The position numbers and the translations under genes were made by a program. DNA of 52,425 bases from a virus (taxonomy: Duplodnaviria > Caudoviricetes). The stretch covers positions 1-52,425 of IMG/VR virus record IMGVR_UViG_3300033508_000175; one strand, given 5' to 3'. The notes under the pieces are model-generated. The model saw only the letters and a program-made list of their open reading frames with translations, searched no databases and was not told where the DNA came from. Below are positions 33,953 through 42,755 of this stretch, one piece after another; positions within the stretch are counted from its first letter, which is position 1; the number at the start of each line of letters is the position of its first letter.

Positions 33953-34789
33953 ATGTTCGACAAAGACACTCTCATCGCCTTGCAAGAATCGCAAGCCATC
34001 GTCAGCGCAGCCAGCTGCATCGCCAACTCAGCCCTGGCCAAAGACCTGGCCGCCCTGCCCAGCGACTACAAGATCAGCGACCTGGAGCCATACCTGCCCA
34101 ACCGCCGCCGCGCCCGGGGCGTCATGAGCACCAACTCGCTGGACAGCTTCGCCAGCTACACCAAGGCCCATGCCGAGCCCGGCGCCTCGGTGTTTGTGGA
34201 GCAGGAAACCATGTCGGCCACCAGCGTGCTCAACCTGGGCAACCCAGCCACACCTGGCCACGCGGACAACCGCGCCAAGCTGCAACTCAAGCGCACGGCA
34301 GCCTTCAGCGCACTGGTGGGTATTGCCACCGGCACCGGGCACAAGCAAACGACCGTGGCCGAGTTTCTGGAGGATTGGCCCGACATGGTGAGCTGCTTCA
34401 ACGAAGCCGGACCGATCACCAACACCAAAGCGATCGCCGCGGTGCGCAAGCTGACCATCGAGTCGATGCGCAAGCTGGAAAGATCCGAGCAAAGCCTGAG
34501 CACCACCCGGTCAGCGTTTGAGTCGGTGCAAGCCACCAGTGTGGACCCGATCCCGACGACGCTGGTATTCCGCTGCGTGCCTTACAACGACTTGGCAGAG
34601 CGCGCCATTGCCATCCGCGTGAGCATCCTGACCGGCAACGACAAGCCGACCGTCGCACTGCGCATCATCACGCCGGACACGCACAACGAGCAGATGGCCC
34701 AAGAGCTGGCCGACCTGATCACCCTGGCGTTTGAAGATAGCGAGATCGACCCCCTGCCGGTGCTGCTGGGAAGCTACAGCAAGTCGTAA
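33953..34789 (+). CDS. DUF2303 (YfdQ) family protein
   Basis: DLEPYLPNRRRARG...PGHADN...AEFLEDW...CVPY. Confidence 0.85.
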   Translation: MFDKDTLIALQESQAIVSAASCIANSALAKDLAALPSDYKISDLEPYLPNRRRARGVMSTNSLDSFASYTKAHAEPGASVFVEQETMSATSVLNLGNPATPGHADNRAKLQLKRTAAFSALVGIATGTGHKQTTVAEFLEDWPDMVSCFNEAGPITNTKAIAAVRKLTIESMRKLERSEQSLSTTRSAFESVQATSVDPIPTTLVFRCVPYNDLAERAIAIRVSILTGNDKPTVALRIITPDTHNEQMAQELADLITLAFEDSEIDPLPVLLGSYSKS

Positions 34790-34860
34790 CCGAATCGGGG
34801 TGCCGCGCTCTGGGGGTTCCCGGGGCGTGCAAACGGCACCCCACCCAACCACACATCATC

Positions 34861-35250
34861 ATGCGCGAAATTATCAGCAAACACCAAGCCGCCATCCTGC
34901 AAGAGCTTGAACGCACCGTCGACTCCAGGCACTCTGAACTTGTTGAAAAGATGCGCCTGCCACAGCGCACCTACGAAACGGCCATGCAGGACTTGCGCGA
35001 GCGCGATCTGGTGCTGGGCACCAAGTCTGGCAGCAAACACATCCTGCGCCTGGCCATCACGATGGCTGGCATTCGGGCGCTGCGCGATTACATCGACCAC
35101 CAGGCTCGGATGGCGATCAACCCGTCCATGGCCGTGCCAGCGCGCATCAATGTGATGTCCAAAGATTACCCCGCTTGGCAGCCCAAGCCGATGACCAGCT
35201 GCCGCAATGACGGCCACAAGACCCGCCGCAGCCTGGGAGCGTTTGCATGA
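34861..35250 (+). CDS. hypothetical winged-helix protein
   Basis: HTH-like N-terminus; phage-type C-terminus. Confidence 0.6.
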   Translation: MREIISKHQAAILQELERTVDSRHSELVEKMRLPQRTYETAMQDLRERDLVLGTKSGSKHILRLAITMAGIRALRDYIDHQARMAINPSMAVPARINVMSKDYPAWQPKPMTSCRNDGHKTRRSLGAFA

Positions 35251-35546
35251 AAGAGCCTCTCAAAAACGGAGACATGGCCGAAGTCGTTGGTGGCCTCGGT
35301 CGCGCCAAGAGCCCCAACCTGGGCAAGATTGTCACGGTCGGTATGCGCATATTCGGCGCACATGGCGCTGACCATAGCCAGTTCGGCCCGGTCCACCGCT
35401 GCAGCGGCGATGGTGTTGTCCAGCTTGGCGACACGGGCGAATACATCATGACCGGCTGGGCGGATTTTCCAGACGCGTGGCTGCGCAAGATCGAGCCCCC
35501 GAAGCTGACCACCAGCACCACAACCGGGCAGGAGACAACAGCGTGA
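35247..35546 (+). CDS. hypothetical protein
   Basis: GDMAEVV...NLGKIV...WLRKIEP; coupled. Confidence 0.6.
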   Translation: MKEPLKNGDMAEVVGGLGRAKSPNLGKIVTVGMRIFGAHGADHSQFGPVHRCSGDGVVQLGDTGEYIMTGWADFPDAWLRKIEPPKLTTSTTTGQETTA

Positions 35547-35959
35547 GCACAGCCCTATCCCGCACCCAGCGCCGCCTGGCCAGCAAGCACATGGCCAAAG
35601 TCGCCACCCAATACCCAGGCCACCTCGTCCAGATCCCAAAGGACGAGTGGCCAGCCAGCGCTAACCCAGGAAAGCAGCCCGTCGAAGTCTGGCGCAGCCG
35701 GGACTACCTTGTCCAAATTTACCTCGAACCGGCACCGTGCTCGGCCCGTCTGAGCATTCTGCGCACATCGCTCGACAGCGCTGGCGGCTGGCAGGATGAC
35801 ATCCCGTGGACGGTGCTGCAAAAGCTGAAAAGCGAATGCGGGCGCGGGATGCTGGATGCCGTCGAGGTGTTCCCATCTGACAAGGACGTCGTCAATGTAG
35901 CGAACATCCGCCATATTTTTGTCATGTCCGCGCCGCTGTCGTTTGCCTGGAGGAAGTGA
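35543..35959 (+). CDS. conserved phage hypothetical protein
   Basis: W..LQKLKSECG...AVEVFP...VVNVANIRH; GTG start. Confidence 0.7.
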   Translation: MSTALSRTQRRLASKHMAKVATQYPGHLVQIPKDEWPASANPGKQPVEVWRSRDYLVQIYLEPAPCSARLSILRTSLDSAGGWQDDIPWTVLQKLKSECGRGMLDAVEVFPSDKDVVNVANIRHIFVMSAPLSFAWRK

Positions 35960-36279
35960 TGACCAACAAACAACTGCTCACCGAGCTGACCGCATGGAAG
36001 ATGCAGATCGACCAGAGCAACGAGATGCTCGACACCCTGATCACACCGCTGATGTTGAGCCCTGAGAGCCCGCTGTACAGCACCGTCTGGGCGCTGCAGG
36101 GCGCGCTGACAAAAGCCGTGGCTAAGATCGTCGGCGATGAAAGCGAGTGGCTGGACTGGTTTTTAGCAGAGAACAACATGGGCAAGGGCGCCGGGGGAGC
36201 CTGCCCTGGAACCGGCAAACCTACCCGCAAGATTAAAGACTTGGCCGATTTGGCTTGGTTGATTGAGGAATCTAAATGA
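35956..36279 (+). CDS. hypothetical protein
   Basis: EWLDWF..EN..G...DLA pattern; coupled. Confidence 0.65.
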   Translation: MMTNKQLLTELTAWKMQIDQSNEMLDTLITPLMLSPESPLYSTVWALQGALTKAVAKIVGDESEWLDWFLAENNMGKGAGGACPGTGKPTRKIKDLADLAWLIEESK

Positions 36280-36500
36280 GTGCCAAACGACTGATCAACC
36301 GCAAAACCCTGCTGGAGATGATCCCGCTATCAGACCGCGCCATCTACGACCTGGAAAAGCGCGGCGACTTCCCGGCCCGCATTGCCCTCACAAGCCGAAA
36401 CGTGGCCTGGGAGCTGGGCGCCATCGAATCGTGGATTGAGTCCAGGAAAACGGCCAGCGTTCACGTCCTGCGCCCAGGCCCGGCTACTCAACACGCTTGA
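36276..36500 (+). CDS. AlpA-family excisionase/regulator
   Basis: LSDRAIYDLEKRGDFP.RI.L...VAW....IESWI; converges on int. Confidence 0.85.
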   Translation: MSAKRLINRKTLLEMIPLSDRAIYDLEKRGDFPARIALTSRNVAWELGAIESWIESRKTASVHVLRPGPATQHA

Positions 36501-37674
36501 CCCAGCCGTCGATCATGTCGGCCCAATCTTGCAGCATGGCCGCGCGCTGCTCTTTGTATTCGGCCTTGTTGTAGACCGCCCGCACACCCTTCTGCTCATG
36601 GGCCAGGCACTTCTCGATCCAGTCGGTGTTGTACCCGGCTTCGTGCAGCAACGTGGACCCCGTGCGCCGCAAGTCATGGGGGCCGAACTTGGGCAGGTCG
36701 TGCCCGTCTTTTTGGGCCAGCCGGTAGGTCAAGGTCAACACTTGGTTCAAGGTGGCGCTGGACATGGGCAGGTCCGGGTCGTAACGGGACGGCAGCAAGT
36801 ACTTTGATCCACCGGCAAACGTCTTGAGCGCAAAGAAAATCTCCAGCACCTGACGGGACAGGTAGACGTTGTGCGGGTTGCGCCGCTTCATGCGCTCTTT
36901 GGGGATGGTCCACACGGCATTTGAAAAACTCACCTCGTCCCATGTGGCGTCTGTCAGCTCAGACTTGCGCACCATGGTCAGCAGCAACAGCTTGGCCGCC
37001 GAGCGGATCGACGGTGACGTTCCGATGCGCTCCAGGTACTCATACATCAGCTTGATTTCAGCGGGGCTCAGCGCCCGGTCCCGTGGCTCAAACTTGGCAA
37101 TCGAGTTGGGGCGAACCAGATCAGCCGGGTTCTCGACTCGCACACCCCGCTCTGCTGCCCAGCGGTACACCAACATCACCACCTCGCGCGCATGGACCGC
37201 CGTGGCTGGCGCGCCGCGCGCAACGATGGCAGTGGTCAGGCGCCGCAGATCGTCGTGGGTGATCTCGTTGAGCTTGGACTTGCCAAACGGCCCTTTAAGC
37301 TCGCGGTCAAACGTAGCCTGGCGCATGTCCCGGGTGGAGTCGGCCATGGTGTGCCCCTTGAGCCAATTCGCCGCCCACTCGCCAAACGTCTCTGCATCGC
37401 TGGCCTTGGCCTTGACCCGGGCCTTTTCTTTGGCTGGTGACCGTCCGTCGGCAATCAGCTTCTTTGCCGCTACAAGCCGCTCCCGCGCTTCATTCAGGGT
37501 GATGACTCCGTACTTGCCAATGGTCAGCGTCTCCTGGCGGCCATTGAGCGTGTAGTTGTACCGAAACGATACCCCGCCAGCAGGCGACACGGCCACATAG
37601 AGCCCGTCCCGATCCGGCACCTTGTAAATCTTGTCCTGCGGCTTGAGGTTACGCAGCTTGGTATCGGTCAGCAT
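36484..37674 (-). CDS. int: P4-like tyrosine integrase
   Basis: MLTDTKLRNLKP arm-binding domain; catalytic R (MVRKSE), HDLRR, LAH, Y (AVYN). Confidence 0.95.
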   Translation of the reverse strand: MLTDTKLRNLKPQDKIYKVPDRDGLYVAVSPAGGVSFRYNYTLNGRQETLTIGKYGVITLNEARERLVAAKKLIADGRSPAKEKARVKAKASDAETFGEWAANWLKGHTMADSTRDMRQATFDRELKGPFGKSKLNEITHDDLRRLTTAIVARGAPATAVHAREVVMLVYRWAAERGVRVENPADLVRPNSIAKFEPRDRALSPAEIKLMYEYLERIGTSPSIRSAAKLLLLTMVRKSELTDATWDEVSFSNAVWTIPKERMKRRNPHNVYLSRQVLEIFFALKTFAGGSKYLLPSRYDPDLPMSSATLNQVLTLTYRLAQKDGHDLPKFGPHDLRRTGSTLLHEAGYNTDWIEKCLAHEQKGVRAVYNKAEYKEQRAAMLQDWADMIDGWVKRVE

Positions 37675-37908
37675 GGCGCCCCCAGGGAAAGGGCTGGAAA
37701 TACCATGATTTCAGGGGTCAGTTTTTTAGCCATTTTCCTGTTACAGATCAACAACTTAGGCATAAAAAATACCATGCTCGTCTGAAAAACGGTGGCATGG
37801 TATCGGCTCTGGGGCATGGTATCCCCAAACACCATGCCAGCGTCAATACCATGAAAAATAATTGCTTGCCGAAAGTCGTCAATGCCAGTCAATGCGACAA
37901 GCAGACAA

Positions 37909-37934
37909 GAAAAAGCCCGCAATGACGCGGGCTT
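37909..37934 (-). terminator. intrinsic terminator downstream of the guaA-like att core
   Basis: AAGCCCGC-6nt-GCGGGCTT followed by a T run on the minus strand. Confidence 0.8.
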
Positions 37935-37980
37935 AGGTTCGTGGGTTGCTTTTGGGAACCCGTCAATGCTAGACGGGAAA

Positions 37981-38000
37981 TCACTCCCACTCGATAGTGG
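37981..38000 (-). other. attP core duplicating the 3' end of guaA
   Basis: CC ACT ATC GAG TGG GAG TGA encodes TIEWE*, the conserved GMP synthase C-terminus; no guaA body upstream. Confidence 0.85.
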
Positions 38001-38141
38001 TTAAGGCTGGTTTTGCCTTGATTTCATTGGGTTTTTTATACATGGCCTTGCCCTCTGCCATGAAAAATACCATGTTTATGTCTTGAGCGGCCTGTTTCGG
38101 TTGATTTTGGTCGTTTTTTGATGCATGGCCTGATTTGGCAT

Positions 38142-39161
38142 TTAGGCTGCTGCGTGTTCGCCGACGCTGGTCATTTTAAAGACCGATGGCAAATTCACAA
38201 AGAGATCGGGGTGATCGTCATGCAGGCTGCGCAACAGATGGCGCAGGCTGCCGGTGCGCATGGCATGACCGAGGATTGATATGACACTTTCTTTGGCGCC
38301 AGATTTCGCAGCCCGGCTCAGGCTGTAGATGCTGTGCTTGCGCACGAACCGCGTGCGTCGCCAGGTGCGAAATCCAACAAAGTTGATGCCGCGCTTGACT
38401 TTGTGCAGGCTGTAGCGCGAAAGCTCCAGCTGCAGGGTGTCGCGTAAGAATTCAATGATGCGATTCAGCGCGTCCAAGCACCGCTCCCGGCTCCAGCCAA
38501 AAATCACACAGTCATCCACGTAGCGGCAATACAACCTGGCGCCCAGCTCGCGCTTGATGAAGTGGTCAAGCTGATTCATGTAGATCAACGCATAGGTCTG
38601 GCTGAGCAGGTTGCCAATCGGGATGCCGACCGGCTGGCCGTAATCTGCAAATTGCATCATCACATCGACAAATCGCTGGTCTTTGATCTGACGCACAATT
38701 TGCGTGCGCAATACGGCCCGGCTGATGCTGTAGAAAAACTTGCGAATGTCGAGTTGCAGGATGTAGCTATCGGGGGCGCAGCGGCGCAATGCCTGTTGGG
38801 CGTAATCGGCAGCGGCATGGGTGCCCTTGCCTTTGCGACAAGCGAAAGACTGGTCGATAAAAGTCCGATTGAAGATGGGGTACACCAGCCGGTAAATGGC
38901 GTGCTGCACCACCAGATCACGGAACGCGGGCGCAAAGATGGTTCGAGGCTTGGGCTCGAACACCTGGAATTCATGATAGGGCTGCGGGGCGTAGGTGCCG
39001 CTGTGCAGCTCTTTGTGCAATGCATCCAAGTTGCTAGCCAGATGCCGGGAAAACTCGAAGGTGGCGCGCTTGGCGCGTTTGCCTGCGCTGGCATCAACCC
39101 ATGCCTGGTAGAGAGATTCCCTGGTGAAGGCTATGTCAAACAAAAAACCGATTCGTTTCAA
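38142..39161 (-). CDS. DGR reverse transcriptase
   Basis: FRDLVVQHA, LDIRKFFYSI, GIPIGNLLSQ, YVDD, FVGFR. Confidence 0.95.
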   Translation of the reverse strand: MKRIGFLFDIAFTRESLYQAWVDASAGKRAKRATFEFSRHLASNLDALHKELHSGTYAPQPYHEFQVFEPKPRTIFAPAFRDLVVQHAIYRLVYPIFNRTFIDQSFACRKGKGTHAAADYAQQALRRCAPDSYILQLDIRKFFYSISRAVLRTQIVRQIKDQRFVDVMMQFADYGQPVGIPIGNLLSQTYALIYMNQLDHFIKRELGARLYCRYVDDCVIFGWSRERCLDALNRIIEFLRDTLQLELSRYSLHKVKRGINFVGFRTWRRTRFVRKHSIYSLSRAAKSGAKESVISILGHAMRTGSLRHLLRSLHDDHPDLFVNLPSVFKMTSVGEHAAA

Positions 39162-39297
39162 AGGATGACCCCCAGACGGTCGAGCACAGCATGGTGCCTA
39201 CTGGAAAAGGGGCGTCCGGCAGATTTCGCAAAAGCTCTCGCTAAATGCAGGAAAGCGCCTCCCTTTGTTCCACCGTTTCTTTTCAGAATTCGAGGTC

Positions 39298-39417
39298 CAG
39301 AGTCGGGGCGAGCGCCAATGTTGTTGTTGGAATTCGTCCGGGTGTTGTTGCAATTGAGAGCGAACACCCCAGAGGTAGCCGCGTTGTTCCAATCACCGCC
39401 ACGGATCGGCAGAGCCT
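39298..39417 (-). repeat. DGR template repeat (TR) with IMH*
   Basis: Asn-codon-rich copy (9 AAY codons) of the target 3' end, between avd and RT. Confidence 0.95.
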
Positions 39418-39425
39418 GTAACATA

Positions 39426-39854
39426 TTAAGACGCATCCCTTTTGTTCCCCGCAGTCGGGGTAATGGGTGCTGGGTTCTCATCCCGAATCCAGCCGCCAAT
39501 CAAGCGCCCAATCTCATCGATCATGCGACTGAGCGTTTCATAGCGATCTTCTGGCGACTTTTGATGTGCCGCACTGAGCGTGCCGTCTTTGTAAGCGAAA
39601 TAGCCCAACTCGAAGGCCAGCCGGACAAACATGCGCAACTGCTCGTGGCTGATGTCCAGATTTGTCAGACTGGTTTTCTTGTGATATCGCTTTTGGGACT
39701 CAACAATGAAGCCATACACCTCGTAAGCCTTGGTCCGGATTTGCAAGCAAATGCCGTACTTTTCATGGCGCGGGAAGTGATTCAGATACAGGTTCATTTG
39801 ACGAGCAAAATCAACGAACTTTGTGTCCAGCTTGGCTTCAGCGTGCGTGCCCAT
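39426..39854 (-). CDS. avd: accessory variability determinant
   Basis: FPRHEKYG...IR...LDI..EQLR..VRLA..LGY...IDEIGRLIGGW. Confidence 0.93.
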   Translation of the reverse strand: MGTHAEAKLDTKFVDFARQMNLYLNHFPRHEKYGICLQIRTKAYEVYGFIVESQKRYHKKTSLTNLDISHEQLRMFVRLAFELGYFAYKDGTLSAAHQKSPEDRYETLSRMIDEIGRLIGGWIRDENPAPITPTAGNKRDAS

Positions 39855-39871
39855 CGCTATCGCTCAGGCAC

Positions 39872-40951
39872 TCAGAGAACAAAGGCGGGGCGAGCGCCAA
39901 GGTTGCTGAGGGAATCCGTCCGGGCGTTGTAGCAAGCGAGAGCGAACACCCCAGAGGCAGCCGCGATGTTCCACTCACCGCCACGGAACGGCAGAGCCTC
40001 AATGGACGTGTCGATCCAGAAGCCGTCGCCATTGGCAGCAGGCACGGCAATCGTCCCACCCAACAATGCGGCCACCGGGAACAAGCCATATGCCTTGAGC
40101 AGGGCCAGGGCTGTTGCACCAACAGGTGTGGTTCCTGGATTTGTCATCGCCTCAAACGATGAGCCAGATGCACACACCAATGTGTAGGCAGCTGTGCCAG
40201 AAACTGCATATTTCACCGTATTGGCAGAACCAGGAGCGACCAGCGCGCCGGTCGCACCATCGATGGCCTTCCATGCGGCCGAGCTGACGCCAAAGTCGGT
40301 GGCGTTCAAGGCCGCGTCGTTGTTGGCGATGATCTGAATTTCACCCAAATTGACGCGCATACCAGGCGTCCACTCCCAGGTGTTGCCGCAAAGATCGGCC
40401 ATGCCGCTGTTGGAGTTGTCGTGGTTCCAGCTATTGGGGCCGGAGCCAGTCAAGATGCGGGGCGTTCCTGATGTGTTTCCAGGGGCCAGACCATCAATAC
40501 GGCGGCCGGTTTCCCATGCGGCATCCGATGATTTGCCGTAGTTGGTGCTGCCGCGTGGCTGGAAACTATTGGCACGGCACCAAAGCGCCATGGCTGCGAA
40601 TTCGACGTTGCTCATGACGTGGAAGCCTGCGCCACAGTCGCGCGCACGGGTCACGGCTGTGTCGTGGTTGATTGACGTGGAGCAGTCAACGCCAGGCAAA
40701 CTCAAAAGCTCGTTGTTTTTAACGATGCCAGTGTAAGAGCCCAAAAACAGCTCCGATTTTTCAACGCCATTGACGATAAAGGCCGGGTGAACGCCAGCAG
40801 GCAGGCCTGCATCAACGTCTTGCCCGTTGAATTTCGGGATGATGTTCATGTAGGTGGGCTGGCCACTGGCGGTGTAGAGCACCGTCTGCTTGCTGCCAGA
40901 TGCCGCTTCGACAGAAGCACGCAGGTCGTCTTTGATAAAAATAGTAGGCAT
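39872..40951 (-). CDS. DGR target, Mtd-like C-type-lectin/FGE-fold receptor-binding protein
   Basis: HPAFIVNG, DLCGNTWEW, C-terminal RGGEW...GARP variable region; follows the tail fibre genes. Confidence 0.9.
   Translation of the reverse strand: MPTIFIKDDLRASVEAASGSKQTVLYTASGQPTYMNIIPKFNGQDVDAGLPAGVHPAFIVNGVEKSELFLGSYTGIVKNNELLSLPGVDCSTSINHDTAVTRARDCGAGFHVMSNVEFAAMALWCRANSFQPRGSTNYGKSSDAAWETGRRIDGLAPGNTSGTPRILTGSGPNSWNHDNSNSGMADLCGNTWEWTPGMRVNLGEIQIIANNDAALNATDFGVSSAAWKAIDGATGALVAPGSANTVKYAVSGTAAYTLVCASGSSFEAMTNPGTTPVGATALALLKAYGLFPVAALLGGTIAVPAANGDGFWIDTSIEALPFRGGEWNIAAASGVFALACYNARTDSLSNLGARPAFVL
39880..39999 (-). repeat. DGR variable repeat (VR) with IMH
   Basis: Ungapped match to TR at offset 582; 12 of 13 core mismatches are at TR adenines. 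Confidence 0.95.
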
Positions 40952-40972
40952 GTTTTTTTCTCCGAAAATGGG

Positions 40973-41293
40973 TTATGCGGTGGGCCAGAGGGTGACTTGC
41001 ACGGCATTGGGGTCAAGTGCGATCAGCTCCTGGATGGAGGTCGGGTTGCCATTGGCGTCATCCGGCCCAGCTACTGCGGCGTAGCGTTTGGGCGGAATGG
41101 CGATGTGCGCCAGGTAAGCGCCGGACCCGCCCTCTTGCGCACCATTGGCGCCGGTGCGGATTTCGACAACAACAGACGAGTCGAGCTGACGATCGGCGCA
41201 GTCCACGGCAATACCGGCAACAATGACGACAGCACCAGAAAAGGCAAAGTCAGCCACGGGCTGGCCGGGTTGTTTCAAGACGATTTGAGGCAT
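40973..41293 (-). CDS. tail fibre-associated protein
   Basis: MPQIVLK start after AGGAG; between the fibre gene and the DGR target. Confidence 0.65.
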   Translation of the reverse strand: MPQIVLKQPGQPVADFAFSGAVVIVAGIAVDCADRQLDSSVVVEIRTGANGAQEGGSGAYLAHIAIPPKRYAAVAGPDDANGNPTSIQELIALDPNAVQVTLWPTA

Positions 41294-41309
41294 GGAATAA
41301 GCTCCTGGG

Positions 41310-42245
41310 TTAATAAGTAGATGGAGAGGCGGCGTGCAGGCGGTCAATCCAGCCGCTTGACAGGGGTTGTTCGACAGGCAAGCTCAAGGCGGACAGGCGC
41401 CAGCGCACTACCACGTTGTCAGCGGCACTGGCAAGCTGCATGGTGAAGCCGTTTGAGGCACGACTTGCTACGTCAATGGCTGTGCGGCGGCACGGCGCGC
41501 CGTCAGATGACACCACATCGAAGTCGAGGCGGTAGCTGTTGTCTGACAAAGCATTGATGGCGCAATACGTTTGCACCGGAGAGTCAAGCTGGGTTGGGTA
41601 ATTGGCCTCAACACGGGCATCGCTGGTGACCGTGACGCCAACCAGGCCAGCGTCGGTATTGCCAGCAGGGACCGTGATGGTGCAGGCTTTGATGCCATTG
41701 GATGGGACAGCATCGCCCAATGCTGTGATGTAGAACTTGATGATGCTGCTGCCATCGAGGAACAAATACCCGTAGCAGACCGCCGATGACGCGCCGCCAA
41801 CCGGCACAGACAAGCTGTTTTGGGCGTCGACGTTGTAGGCGCGCCCGTTGATGAAGCATTTTCCAGCGGCAATCGACAGCAACCGGCTGGTGCCGAGTTT
41901 AGTGATGGCTGCGCCAGACACCAAGCCGCGGTTGGTGATGGTGACCTCGCCTTCTTGCTGGACTTGCTGGCGTAGCGCTTTGACGCTGTAGTTGGCAAGT
42001 GCGGCTTGGTTCAATGCGTACTTGATGGCCGCATCGCTCATGTTTTTTGAGTCGGTGGACACCGTGATGTTGATTCCACCTACTGTTGTGGCCAAAGCAT
42101 CCAAGACGCTTTTCAGATACGCGGTGCGATTGGTCAAGTGCTTGTGCGGCAAGTTGTCAATGCCGTTGACGCCACCCGTGATGGGGTCGGTGCTTTCGAG
42201 TTGGTAAACCGGGTCCCAGGACGCGGATTCAGCAAGGTTTGACAT
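41310..42245 (-). CDS. tail fibre protein
   Basis: MSNLAESASW..VYQLE..DP..GG...N...L.NRT.YLK, a myovirus fibre N-terminus. Confidence 0.8.
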   Translation of the reverse strand: MSNLAESASWDPVYQLESTDPITGGVNGIDNLPHKHLTNRTAYLKSVLDALATTVGGINITVSTDSKNMSDAAIKYALNQAALANYSVKALRQQVQQEGEVTITNRGLVSGAAITKLGTSRLLSIAAGKCFINGRAYNVDAQNSLSVPVGGASSAVCYGYLFLDGSSIIKFYITALGDAVPSNGIKACTITVPAGNTDAGLVGVTVTSDARVEANYPTQLDSPVQTYCAINALSDNSYRLDFDVVSSDGAPCRRTAIDVASRASNGFTMQLASAADNVVVRWRLSALSLPVEQPLSSGWIDRLHAASPSTY

Positions 42246-42266
42246 GTTGGTTTGTCCTTTCGAGGA

Positions 42267-42710
42267 TTAATAAATGAGCGTCCACGTCCCGGAAAGGGAA
42301 ATGTCGATGTCTTTGAGCAGAGGGCCGCCACGCACTTTTCTGGCGTGCAATATCCCGGATGAGGTCAGCAAACCAAACTCCCGAATGGACAGGCCAATCG
42401 CCTCAGAAGTGGCAAGAGAAAAGTTGAATTGCACCGATGTGCTGACGGGGTAGGAGTGCGAGTCAATGGCTTTGACGAATGCGCCGGTTAACGCCGTATC
42501 GGCCGGGTTGGCTGCCGTTCCATTGGTGCCAAATCCGATATTGACCACACTTCGGCTGGCTACGTCGCCAGCCACCAATCTGACGACGCTCTCGCGCCCT
42601 TTGGTCACGATCAGGTTGTCGTCTTCAAAATGCTCGATGAGCTGACCACGGCGGTAAATGTCAAGCGCAAAAATGCCTCTCGGTTTTTGCGATGGGTCAA
42701 GGAGATTCAT
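42267..42710 (-). CDS. tail fibre/baseplate attachment protein
   Basis: NLIV..G...IGFGT...EFGL...ARKV...W. Confidence 0.7.
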   Translation of the reverse strand: MNLLDPSQKPRGIFALDIYRRGQLIEHFEDDNLIVTKGRESVVRLVAGDVASRSVVNIGFGTNGTAANPADTALTGAFVKAIDSHSYPVSTSVQFNFSLATSEAIGLSIREFGLLTSSGILHARKVRGGPLLKDIDISLSGTWTLIY

Positions 42711-42739
42711 GCGTTACGCCTCGTGCTGGATTACCAGCG

Positions 42740-42755
42740 AAGGTAGCGTCACGAC
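42740..42755 (-). promoter_or_regulatory. late promoter motif (fibre/DGR operon)
   Basis: GTCGTGAC-gc-TACCTT. Confidence 0.7.

Larger units (their letters stand above)
37698..38074. repeat. attP arm-type repeats
   Basis: ATACCATG at 37700, 37769, 37846 and 38067, inverted at 37796 and 37815; CCATGAAAAATA at 37849 and 38058; GTCAATGC at 37878, 37888 and 37962. Confidence 0.7.
38142..40951 (-). mobile_element. diversity-generating retroelement (target-avd-TR-RT)
   Basis: All four components in BPP-1 order with adenine-biased TR/VR mismatches. Confidence 0.97.

Noticed and set aside
34783-34790. GTCGTAAC on the plus strand as a late promoter
   Set aside because: The following hexamer AATCGG lacks the conserved final T, and the site lies in the early region
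37981-38000. Host guaA gene or prophage boundary
   Set aside because: Only the last codons are present and phage genes continue on both sides
38142-39161. RT as a retron or group II intron enzyme
   Set aside because: Short, with no maturase domain; GxPIGNLxSQ motif plus avd and TR/VR define a DGR
39158-39499. 113-aa ORF resembling the target C-terminus
   Set aside because: It is the TR read in frame and overlaps avd; TRs act as RNA templates
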